A stretch of DNA of 64,000 nucleotides from Selaginella moellendorffii (taxonomy: Eukaryota; Plantae; Lycopodiophyta). Under the pieces are notes generated by a model that saw only the letters and a list, made by a program, of their open reading frames with translations, searched no databases and had not been told where the DNA came from. A program made the translations under genes and the position numbers. Positions 52,301 through 64,000 of this stretch are shown here, in pieces; the stretch's first letter is position 1; every line of letters begins with the position of its first letter. Where the stretch lies: assembly GCF_000143415.4 (NCBI RefSeq), contig NW_003314268.1:3666559-3730558 (forward strand). Direction: 5' to 3'.

Positions 52301-53100
52301 AGATTAGTAAGTGGGGCATATCTATCCAATGTGATTCCATATTTAATAAATTTTTGTGAGTATCCCAAAGACTAATGCCTTAGGTGAAAGCCTCGAAACA
52401 TGCTTTCATATAAAAAAGGAGGGGGTTCCAAATATATAATAGAGATAATGGGTATGTTAGGCATAGTCAACCAACTTAAGGCATAATTTAACTCCTCACT
52501 TGCGTACTTGTTCTTCTTTTATGCGTGTTATATAGACTTAGTCTTCTAAAATGTAATAGTCCTGTAGACATCTAAAATTGGGTGGTTTTAGGCTTGAACT
52601 TTGAATCTTGTGAAATCAAGGGTAGTTACAAAACTTCATCATCCTTAGAGATTAAAGAAGTTAACTAACTTAGTTATCTCTATTTGCTTTTTCCTCTTTT
52701 TTGTTTTCCTTCTTCAATTTGTGAACTTCCTTTTGTAAATTCTCAATCTCAATATCTTTAGTTGTATGCTGTAATGGTGTAGCCTGAAACCTAAACTCTT
52801 CCTCTTTGATTTAGCCTCAACCTTTTTCTCGTTGGGGGTTCCAAATGTATAGTAGGGATAGTGGTTGGAATGCATGTTCAACCACTTGAGACATTAATTT
52901 GGCTTCTGTTGGGCTATGTCATTTCTTATTTTGTGTTTGGCTTGGGTCTAAGCCTAAGCTTTGCTACTTTAGTCGATATCTTTCTTGCGTTAGACCATTG
53001 GTAAGTCAAAATTGTGCCAGACACCATCTTACACCGTTTTGCGTGTAAGTGCTGAATACAGGGAGCTAGTACTTGTGGGATTGTATCAGACCCTTGTTTT
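49400..53100. repeat. AT-rich transposon debris, including further fragments of both LTR families (52100-52520, 52830-52960)
   Basis: Fragments match the TRIM LTR and the 1.1-kb LTR; no credible ORFs. Confidence 0.6.
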
Positions 53101-56100
53101 CTAGTGCACGTGGTTTTTATCCTTTATCCTAAACCCTCTATATGCCACATGTCACATATCACCTACCACATGCCACGTGTTTAAAGGATAGTGGTGCAGA
53201 ACCTGAGTTTCAGGGCTTTAGGCCATTGAATGAAGGAACGAAGCCAAACTCTTAAGCATGGAGTTAAAGAGTGAAAGAACTGGAGCATGGAGTGACTTTT
53301 AAGTATTCAGCCTAAGGAGCGAAGGGATAAAAGCACGGAATGACTTGGAACAATTATAGAGTATCTAGCATCCCAATGCTAGGACCATCATGCAAAACAA
53401 AGTTAAATAGAGTCTAGTGCTATTTAGCATACTATTAGCCTAATGTGAGGATATAGGTATTCCACCAACTAAGATGATATGGAACTTGGGCTTAGATCCA
53501 AGCCGAACACAAAATAAAGACAAGTATACAAGTAGAAGTTGCATTATACCTCATGTTAGTCAGCTATGCCTAACTTACCCACTATCCTTACTATACATTT
53601 GGAACCCCCTATAACGCCACCCCCGAAGGAACATACCCTTTGGGCATTCACCTTTAGCCACCTTTAGTACTAGGAATTTGTCTTTAGGATAAACTCAAAA
53701 CTTATTAAATATAGAATGTACTTAGATTGCAAATTTGGATATGGGATGAACACCATTGTATTCAAAACATAGATATGCCAAATTTAAAAATCTAGACACT
53801 TTCCATAAATAAACATTTGGTACCGGAATGAGATTAACACAAAGGGTATAATAGCGAAGGTGTTTGGTAGATATGGTAAGCTATCATCCAATGATATTGA
53901 GGGACTAATCTCAATATGTGAGGGTTTTTGTTACTAAATAATACTCTTTACTGGGCTAAGTATGCTTAGTTAATAGCACGAAGGAATTCCGTCCTTATGC
54001 TCATCTGGTCTAAGCACACTCGAAATGCCCAATTAACTCCAAAACCACAAGAGGGATTGATAAAGGGTTCAACAATACTGACTTCTTGCTATTGTGGTTG
54101 TAAGGAAAGAATATTCGAAAGGACTAACTGACAGCTAATTTTTGATACCCAAAGTCACATTTGCGACACTCTTCCCCCTTTAGGGAAGATCGATGTCCTT
54201 GTCGATGCATACTCCAATCTAGACTGCCGCCAAAGAAACAACTCTATTAAAAGTTCATTGTGATCACACTATGTGAGAAATGTACTAACTTAAATGAGTT
54301 AGGGTAATTTTTTTATCTAACACGGATGCACTACTAACTCAAACACCTTTTGGTTGTCACCGATAAGGAAATGACTAATAGAGTTAGCCACCCTTGCTGC
54401 TCTGGGTGTCACCCAGCTTACAAAAGTGTGATATGCCCTTGCTTGTAAGGACATAGAGAAAGAAGCTCCAACCCTCATGAGCAAAGAAACTAAACCTTTC
54501 GATAAGGTTTAGATAAACTATTATAAATAGGCAGTTAGAGTTGTTTATAAGGTCATGTCCTTTTAATGGAATAAGGAACATCGATAGAGAGACGGGTGAT
54601 ATGACCAGTTGACAGTAGCTACCCCATAACTAAAGATTTCACCATACACACGAAGTGCGGAAGCTAATTTGCCTATACTAGCCCAAACCTAAAGATCAAT
54701 AGATGAACAATATCAAAGTCAAAGACAATGATATCTTAGAGGCTTAATTATCAGTGATTAAATCTTAGATTACAATACAAAGTATTCCAAGTAAGTTATT
54801 ATCTGATAAACAAGAATTATAGGAATTATAGGAAGGAACTACCAAGATCACTATAGTTGGAAAACATAAGATTAACCATCTAATAATATTTAATAGCCAG
54901 TGTATCATCAAGAAAATTTAATATAAAATTTAACTATCAAATATTGTAGATAGTATGCTAAACAATTTATGAAAGATAACTTAAAGAACACAAAGTATTA
55001 CTAATAGATAAGAAAAATACTCGCGAATGTATCACCTAAAGGAAATAATATTTTAATCTATCAAAGCTAATTCGAGCAACAATCAATAGAACAGAATGAA
55101 TATGGTAAGACTAACAAACATTCGTTCATGCTAACTATCACATTAGTCAACCTAAATAAATTCTGATCAACAATAAGAAGGAACTCAAGTTTTTTAACCA
55201 AGCATTAGCAATATTCTAGGGATATCTCAAACCCAAGAGACCAATACAAAGCAAACCACAAAAAACATGTTGTAATACAAAAAACTATAAACTATCAAAG
55301 AGAATAACTAATTATCATGAAAGATCATCAATCATCTCATCAATAGAGAGATGCATAATCATTATTAAAGAAACAATTTACCATCATGAAGAATGACAAA
55401 TCATTCAACACCAATAATAATCTAGCAAAATCTTTGATAAGGATAATGAACTATTCTAGATGACAGTCAATCATCACTAATGATTACCAAATGCAAATAC
55501 TAACTTCAATATCAAAATTAATGAGCCAAATACCTTCCCCAACAACTCTTAACAAATGGAATAATAAGAATAAAACTCAAAGAACTAAAATTTTGAAGAA
55601 GTATATAGTCAAGTTTTGCCTAACAATGATCATGAATATCATATAAACCAACTTCAATGCTAAAGAAAAAATCATGGTACAACCCACAATATCCTCTTTA
55701 ACACATCCATAAGTTAAACTTCATAATATAAGGATAATAAAGAGCATTTTTACATCAATCCAAAAGTCAAGCATAACAAAGCTATGCTTAACAAGTGACC
55801 ACCAAACTGATCTTCCATGAATCCACTCATATTAAGACGTAACTCACTTTATAATAAGCACAAAAGAAATCATCAATGATCAATATATCCCAACTTAAAT
55901 CCAATAAAGATTTAAACATTCCGATATCAATTTCTAACTCTTCCTCTTGTAAAGTTAGCATAGTTCACAATTAAATCACTTTTCAAGGAAAACTTAAAGC
56001 TCAACCCTTACTAAACAATCTTATCTAGAACACAACTAACTCAACTTGCCACTCAGTTTATTTGAACGTTAATACAGTTGCTAACTAGCAAATGCACGAA

Positions 56101-59100
56101 TGTCAATAACATAAATCTACAGCCCAAGCATTAACATTATATGCATCGAGATTAATGAAACTCAATATTAATTTACAGAGAGACATCTCATCTCACTCGA
56201 ATCTCAATGTCAATAATGTCAACAATAGAGCATCACTTCAATGCTATCAACACCAAAACAAAGCTAAAAGAAAGTAAGAGTGAATCACCACTCAAAACTC
56301 TTTAGCAACTAAGTTAACTAAAGTTGAAGATACTATACTTAATATTCGAGACTAGTTCTTCAACAATACTCAGCTACAAATAACACATCATCAAAGAGTG
56401 ATTCATCACATCCAAGACTCGATGAAATCTAATACTACGGACTAAATATAACAAAATGATATTGATAAAAGTAGAGTCAATATGCTCATGATCCTCTGCA
56501 ACACCATCTAGTAAAGCAAGTCCATCACTATTAAATCATCATCGAGCGAAGCAAGTATCAATAGTCCTCAACAAAGTCTACATATAATCATTAGTTGCAA
56601 AGTAACTAATAATCACTATTCAACTTGTCTTCACAAGACCCAAACACTAAACTTGTGCCATTAAGTTATATATTTGTGTAGCATGAACATAATACCCCAA
56701 ATATGAGATAAAAGTTCATGGATAAACATGAACTATATGACTACTCAAATCCAATTCAACCATAATAAGCTCACTAATGCATTTAGCCAACAGCTTTAAG
56801 CATGCCTTGAAGAGGCTAGGTATGCATGATCAACACTTAATCGAAATTAAAGTGAAACCATAAGATGAACTCATATTGGTACACAACCTCCTCAAAAACA
56901 AAGCTATAGTATAGGTACTAACATCTTAGCCTCAAACAACTAAGCTGGACATCACTATACTCAACCAAAGCATAGGGCCACCAAAACTAAATCAGGATCA
57001 GTGAGAGCTCATTACTCTCATAGAGTTTAATGAAATGCAAGGTGTAATCTGCCACTAAGCATAATATTACAGAAGAAAAGCACAAGTGTCACCTTTCTAA
57101 AAAAGCACAACGGCCACTTTTTTACACCAACTCTAGACTCTATTCAACTCAATTGTCTTAGCCCCAAAAGTTATAATCCTTTTCGGGCCACATCAAATAA
57201 ATTATATATTAATGTCAAAGTTAATTGAAGTCAACTTTAACCCTTTCACTAGTTTGTATTGGCTTATGAAAATGGAATGGTTTTCGAGCAAAATAATTAA
57301 CAGATTAGTCATTGGAAAAGTCTAAGTAAATTTATAGGAAATTTTCCATCCCAGAGAAAAAATGAGTATAAGTCTAGGAATACAAACTTTCAAGACTCAA
57401 CCAACTTCCTCCTACTAACAACTTCATATAGGTTAACCTCAACACAGGTTCTCATGACCCAACAGTATATCTAAGCATCAAACATTTTGCCCATATTTCC
57501 AACATCTAACACCAACATCCATAAAATGCAAAATGAATATCTAAAACTTGATCATGAAGACCACATCTTTGGATATCCACATTACATTTAATATTTTTCT
57601 TCAATCACCTTCAAGACCTAATGTAAAGCCAAAACACTAATAAAAAAAATGACATAAAAATTCAAGGTCTAAAGAAAATTCTTGTCACTCGAAACTACAA
57701 TACCACTTTCACTACACAAACATTAGCAATGTCAATGCCTTAATTTCACACCTTCTCTATCCAATAATCTATTCCAAGTGCTAACAGATGAATCAACAAG
57801 TCATAACAAGTGAATGTTACAACCCTTTCCAACACTTCATAGGCAAACCCTCTAGGAAACAAAGTACTAACTTAAGTTTAGCATAATAGACCACCATTGA
57901 GAATCTAATCAAAGTTATTAAAATGCTACTATTTGCAAGTAGATTAGCATCACTATCAACCATTTTAGGGTTGATCATCATCTAACCAAACAACTTTATA
58001 AACATATTGCTCATTATCATATGGATATAATATAAAAGTCACAATGACTTGATTATCAATTGAGCAACATCACGAGCAATGTTAATGTCATTACTTCAAA
58101 GGTTTATATGAGTATCAAATGCCAACTTGATTTAACAAAATATAATATAAATGCCATGCCCCACTAATAGAGATTTATAACACTTAACACCACTAACTTT
58201 CGTTCACAACATAGACAAGCTCATGCCACTCTTTATCCAACTAAACTCAAAACTAATCCAACACCAAGCTACTTAAAGAGCAATAACAAGGTTCATCGGA
58301 AAAGAATTGAGCATTGCAACCTAAATTTTTAATAACAAGCTTAGACAAAATGGTTTAGCACTTCACCACTATCCATCCCATAACTCATCATTTGTAAAAC
58401 CATCATTTCCAATATGCATCAAGGTAGGGATTATTGATTGCATACTATGAACATGAGCAATTATCCAGGAAGTTTAAGTGACCCCCTTCTTTTTTTTTTC
58501 CTTACAAGTCATTTATTTTTGTAAAATCATTATTTTAATATATAAACTTTGAGTATTTTTCCATAGAGTCACACCTTGTTGCAAATCATTTCTTTAAGAA
58601 GAGAAAATGATTTACATGTTTGATCCTTTGTCTTTGATAACTCTCTTTTCGGTCTCATTTTTTACCAAACCTTAAGCTTGCTTTCACACTGCCTTCAGTC
58701 CAATTCTAGAAAAGATTATAAGAGAGGATGGCAATGACTACTTGAACCAATAGACTAATCCCTACAATCTTGATTGATCCACTTATAATCATGCTTAGGA
58801 AGGATCCACTAGTGCTGTGCTAAACAACTATGAACTAGCCTATTTGTCACTCATAGCAAACCTAAGGAAGGTTTACTTTCACCCACAGTACATGGAACAA
58901 TTTATGGAACCACCGATAGGCTATATATTAATCCTACCAACTCAAAGTGTAACATTGAGTTGCTAATATGCCTCACTCACAAGCCCAAGCACAAACTTGT
59001 GCAAAAATGGTACAACTCAAATCCATCTTGCCAACTGAAAGTGTAACCTTGAGTTGCTAATATGCCTACAAAATGAAACATCCCTGTTCATCTTATAAGC

Positions 59101-59640
59101 CCAAGAGCAAACTCACATAATATAGTACAAAAAGGTAACCAAAATCCATACCTAAGGAATGCATGCGAAGCGTTTGCACACAAACGTGTACCCATTTAGA
59201 TCATTATTTTCATCTCTACATATGCAATGAGACTAATTGCCCAATCTCATTGAATAGTACTTGCTGAGACGTATCCTCTAATACCAAATGTAACACATGT
59301 GGTACCCTAACCATAGGATAACGAACTTAAACCCTCCATGTGCCACGTGCCATATGCCATGTGTCCAAAGGATAGTGGTGCAAAACCCAAGTTTCACTGA
59401 ATGAAGGAACGAAGCCAAACTCTTAAGCATAGAGCCAAAGAGCAAAGGAATTAGAGCATGGAGTGACTACTGAGCATTCAGCTTAAAGAGCGAAGGGATA
59501 GAAGCATAAAATGACTTGAAACAATCATAGAGCATCTAGCATTCCAATGCCAGGACTAACATGCAAAATGGAGCCAAACGGAGTTTAGTGCTATTTCAGC
59601 ATACTGGTGGCCTAATGCGAGGATATGGGTACCTCTAGCT
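53100..59640 (-). mobile_element. degenerate LTR retrotransposon (no intact ORFs; superfamily not determinable)
   Basis: 3' LTR ~53100-54168 preceded on the minus strand by a polypurine tract (54169-54181). tRNA-iMet-type PBS (TGGTATTAGAG, 59276-59286) next to a truncated 5' LTR starting at 59289 that repeats 53130-53460 directly. Confidence 0.75.
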
Positions 59641-59675
59641 TTCCCTAGCCAACTAAAAATGTCAGACTTGAGACC

Positions 59676-60817
59676 TGTCGAGAATGTGATTTTAGGTATC
59701 AAAAGTTACCTATCAACTAGTCCTTTCAGATATTCTTTCCTTACTGCTACGATGGTAGGAGGTCAGTATTGTTGGATCCTTTATAAATCTCAAATTAGTT
59801 GAGAAACTGGTAATGACATGTGCACTTAGACTGAAAGGGCACTAAGGAAGGAAATCCTAAGTTATCATTTAATCAAACATACTTAACACAGTGATGAGAA
59901 ACTCATGATGTTGACTTGCATTTGCTAGTGTTAGGAACCCCTGCAATGTTGAGCTTGGTCCCTCAATATTCAGTTGATGATAGTTTACCGTGTCTACTAA
60001 ATACTTTCGCTATTATGCCCTTTGTGTTAGTCTCATTTTGATCTCAAATACCATTTATGGAAATTGTCTAGATTTGCACATTTGGCATATCTATGAAATG
60101 CAGAGATTGTCCTGAACACAATGGAGTTTGTCTCATGCCTAAATTCACAATTTAGTGCCATTCCATATTTAGTAAGTTTCGAGTTGGTTTTAGAGACTAA
60201 CTCCTAGTACTAAGGATGTCTAAGAGTGAAAGCCCAAAGCGTGCATTCTTGAGGGGGCGGGGGGCGGGGGGGGGGATATAGGGGATTTTAAATGTATAGT
60301 AGGGATAGTGGGTAAGTTAGTATAATTAACCAACTTGAGGCATAGTTTAGCTCCTATTTGTGTGCTTATCCTTATTTTGCGTTTGGCTTGGGTCTAAGCC
60401 CAAGTTCCATACCATGCTAGTTGATGGAGTATTTATATCCTCGTGTTAAGCCACTGATATGTTAAAATAACACCAGACTCTGTTTGGCTCCATTTTGAGT
60501 GCTAGTCATAGCATTGGGATGTTAGATGCTAGAACTGTTCTAAGTCGCTCTGTGCTCCTGACTCTTGGGCTGTACATACAAGAGTTGCTCCATGCTTTGG
60601 TTCTATCACTCCTTGGCTCCATGTTTAAAAGTTTGGCTTCATTACTTCATTCAGTGGCCAAAGGCCCTAAAATTTGGGTACTGCTCCACTGCCCTTGGAC
60701 ACATGGCATGTGGCACGTGGCATATGACACGTGGCATATGGAGGGTTTAGGTTCTGCTTCGTGGTTATCCTATACTAAATCACCATAGGATAAAGGGTAA
60801 AAACCACGTGAATTACA
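59676..60817 (+). mobile_element. solo LTR (~1.14 kb, TG...CA) of the same family, opposite orientation, with 5-bp TSD AGACC
   Basis: Reverse complement of 53100-54168; AGACC at both 59671-59675 and 60818-60822. Confidence 0.85.
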
Positions 60818-60822
60818 AGACC

Positions 60823-61571
60823 GCTCTAATACCAAATATAAGTTCCTGAATCAAATGTAAACTCTTGAATTTGGAATTCCCAAAATGTCATCCAGCCTAG
60901 TAATATTCAAACCTAAGGACGCTTAACCCCAAGTATTCCAAGAACCAAATGAAAAAGGGAGTGCACTTTTGTTCATGAGCCTTTTCCTTTTATATTTGAA
61001 CCTTTATAGATCATTTCTTGAATTGTTCTTTTTAGTTGTTTACAATCCATAAATTCACGCCCTCGTAAATGAAAGCTGAGAGCTACAACTCTCCTGAAGG
61101 CCCCACTTTCTTGACACCCCACAGGTCGAGCCCAGCCAAAGCGACCTGGATCTGCTAAATGTTAATTTCAATATGTGGTATGATTTCTCTAGTCTATTTT
61201 AAAACTACTTTGATACCATATGTAAGCTCCTGAATTTGGACTTCCTCAAATGTCATTTAACTAAGTAATATTCAAACCCAAGGACATTTAACCCCAAGTA
61301 TCCCAAGACCCTTAACCTATTAGAAAAGGGGGTGCACTCTTATTTATGGGCCTTTTCTTTTCACATTTAAAAGCTTTATGGATCATCTCTTAAGTTGTTT
61401 TCTTTGGTTGCTTATATTAGAAGTACTACTCAAACCTAAAAACACATAACCTTAAATATCTTAAAACATTTAATTGATTAAAAAAGGGGTGCACTTTATT
61501 CATAAGCATTTTTTCTCTATATTTAAACCTTTATAAATTTTCTCTTGAATCATTCTCTTTAATTGCTTACA
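60823..61571 (-). mobile_element. TRIM-like miniature LTR element(s) in tandem
   Basis: ~190-bp direct repeats 60856-61044 and 61221-61416 (third partial 61420-61571); ~175-bp internal part with PBS TGGTATCAAAG (61208-61218); second PBS at 60823-60834. Confidence 0.7.
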
Positions 61572-62756
61572 TCATTATAATAGTAAAGAGAGAGTGTCCA
61601 AAAGGATTGGCTAATAAATATTTTTAATACCCAAAATCTGATTTGCCATAACAATTGATATCCCTTCTACTTAACAAGGAGCCCCTTAAACACTTAAGAT
61701 TAGCAATAATAGTACAAAGGTTATTTTCCACTCATCACTATATTGAATGCAAATAAAGTTATAAATGTTATGTAAGTCAATAATGATGAAGAACCAAGCT
61801 TTCGAGAGGTAAGCTCAATACGTGAGAGTTCTTACCAAGCCAGTGTAGACAAAAAAAAAAACACTAATAAATTGGGCTAAATATACTTGATTAAATAGAC
61901 TTATCTAGCTAAGTATAGATACTAAGCCCAATTTACTAACCTTTGGACAAAATGGGCTAATAAAAGGAACTAACAATATTAATCTTTTGCTATTGTGACA
62001 ATAAGGAGAGAATGACTGAAAGGATTAACCAACAAGTATCTTTCAATACTTGAAGTTATATTTGTGATAAAGTGGCCATAATGAGTATAAAGAATATTTT
62101 CCACTTGTCACTATTTTGAATGCAAATATGCAAGTTAATCTTGATGAAGAATCAAGCTTTAGAGAGCTAGTGCCACATCTCAAGGATTAATAAAGGTGGA
62201 TTGAAAATATAAAATAAGAATAGTGGGCAAGTTAAATGCATGGTTGACCACTTAGAGATATTGTATAGCTCCTTGTTAGGCATGTTTATCTTTGTTCTGT
62301 GTCTAGCTTAGGTCTAAATGTAATGTTTATACTACTGTAATTAGTAAAGTGTTTATGCTAAAATAACACTAAACTTTTGTGTGTTGGTTTTGGTGTTAGA
62401 ATTCTAAATACTTTAGTGTTTATTCTATGTTCATGTTCCTTCATTCCTTGGCTATACATTTAGGGTTTTAGCTCTATCCATTCATTTAGTCACTTTATTG
62501 CCTTTGGCACATGTGTCCAAGAGTTAGTTTCCACTTCATGATTATTCTATAACAATTCACTATAGGGTATAGGTAAAACTCACATATGACTTATTTAAAT
62601 TCCACAGCCCAGAATATACCCTTTTATCCTATAGCTTTACTACGGTCTAAATCCATGCAAAAGGCCAAACAATCTATTTGTCTGATTTCCTTATTTTATC
62701 ACTTAAAAAGTGTTTTAAGAAAAATAGACAAGAGTAGTTACTTATAGTGGTTCCAG

Positions 62757-62803
<47 letters not shown>
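62757..62803. repeat. (TA)n microsatellite
   Basis: TA tract. Confidence 0.95.
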
Positions 62804-62809
<6 letters not shown>

Positions 62810-63085
62810 TATAAATAAGAATTAAATATTTTAGGGATCATTTAACATATAAAGGGGATTTAGTGCCAAGTGGAACTCATATCAGAGTACCTAAAAATAT
62901 TGACTTAAATATAAAATTAAAAAATATTTAAAAAATAAATATTCGTAAAGAAATAATAAAAATAAAAATAAATTATTAATTTACTAAAACTTTAACCTAT
63001 TAATACATTATATAAGAATACATAAGTATGAAGCTATATCGTTCATTTAATTCTATTACTTAAATTTCATTGAACAACTTAAAAT

Positions 63086-63490
63086 ATGTTAAAGTTACAT
63101 CTTCAAATTTCTATATGTATTTTATTGATATTTAATTTTTCTTTTATCACAACTAAATCAACATTTCAGTGGGATGAGATTATGATATATCATCTTAATT
63201 ACTACTTTAATAAATATGGAAAAGATGTAAATGTGTTTATATATAAGAAAGATTTTGAATTTAAAAATAAAACGGAACCAAATCCTTTATTAGAAAATTT
63301 AGATTTCAAAATAGGTGGTGATCCTTATGAAGTTATAGTTTTTCCAGGAGAAGCTATGTATAAGACAAATGATGAATATGGTTGGCAAATTTGGTCTTTT
63401 ATAGGATGTTTTTATCATACTCATGAATATCCAAACTATGTAGAGTTTTATGAATTTAAATCTATATGTGGTAAAAATGAGAATAACTAA
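63086..63490 (+). CDS. small secreted protein, YvgO-like (tentative)
   Basis: Intact 134-codon ORF in very AT-rich DNA; signal-peptide-like N-terminus; NVFIY...PYEVIVF.GE...D.YGW.IWSF.G.F...VEF motif string. Confidence 0.55.
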   Translation: MLKLHLQISICILLIFNFSFITTKSTFQWDEIMIYHLNYYFNKYGKDVNVFIYKKDFEFKNKTEPNPLLENLDFKIGGDPYEVIVFPGEAMYKTNDEYGWQIWSFIGCFYHTHEYPNYVEFYEFKSICGKNENN

Positions 63491-64000
63491 AGTGATTTTC
63501 TTACTATCAATTTATATTAGCTTTTAAGATAATAGATACAATTTTTCAATATAATATAAATTATAGTGTTTTCAAATTAACAAGAAAATAAAAAAAACGA
63601 GAATATTTTTAAAAAAATATATATAAATCTAACTATGCTAGGATATATCCTTATTTCTTTGTTATAATGACGCTTAGCATAATTCCTTTATTAGTATAGA
63701 CTAAATCTTTTGTAATTTTATATTTCTGTCATTTATTTATACATGATTATACTAAAATTATATTTTTCCTCACTTAACAGAATTTTTATTAATTTATTGT
63801 TAATAACAAATAAAAATAATGTTTTTAAAAAGAATCAGAATTTTTCATATAAATATTTCTCTAATGATATTAGTATTTCAAATATTTTACACTTTCTATT
63901 TAATGTGGTTATAACAAATCAATGTTTTTTAAGATTATAGTATTTATTGAGGATAAATATTTATAATTTTAAAAACATATAATTAAATATATGAAACATT

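Noticed and set aside
60495-60788. 97-aa ORF
   Set aside because: Lies within the solo LTR, and its start and frame were not evident in the other LTR copies.

Overview
Eukaryotic nuclear DNA from a land plant with a very compact genome: 45-120 nt introns, tiny intergenic gaps, intronless PLS-type PPR genes and a flagellar DRC8-like gene. Together these point to a flagellate-sperm plant, most likely the lycophyte Selaginella (inference, not verified). Bases ~1-13.7 kb and ~23-49.3 kb are gene-dense. They hold a VQ protein, CIP7-like protein, SpoU methyltransferase, a membrane protein, CCDC137-like protein, an ectodomain-less LRR-XIV-type pseudokinase, tRNA-iMet, DRC8/EFCAB2-like protein, peroxisomal MFP, tRNA-Leu(CAG), FAHD1, two PPRs, CORD/DUF936, PBCP-like PP2C, phage-type RpoT, calreticulin with ERSE/UPRE, two tandem secreted orphan paralogs and Psb28. 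Bases ~13.9-22.9 kb hold gene remnants, including Crinkler/RHS-type P-loop NTPase pseudogenes arranged as a ~600-bp-arm fold-back and a duplicated tRNA-iMet pseudogene. Bases ~49.4-62.7 kb are AT-rich nested LTR/TRIM debris, followed by an intact, very AT-rich secreted ORF resembling bacterial YvgO. Best leads: the YvgO-like ORF, the secreted paralog pair, the CR-NTPase hairpin and the near-operonic gene spacing. Exon boundaries were read by eye and family assignments are from motif recognition, not database searches.
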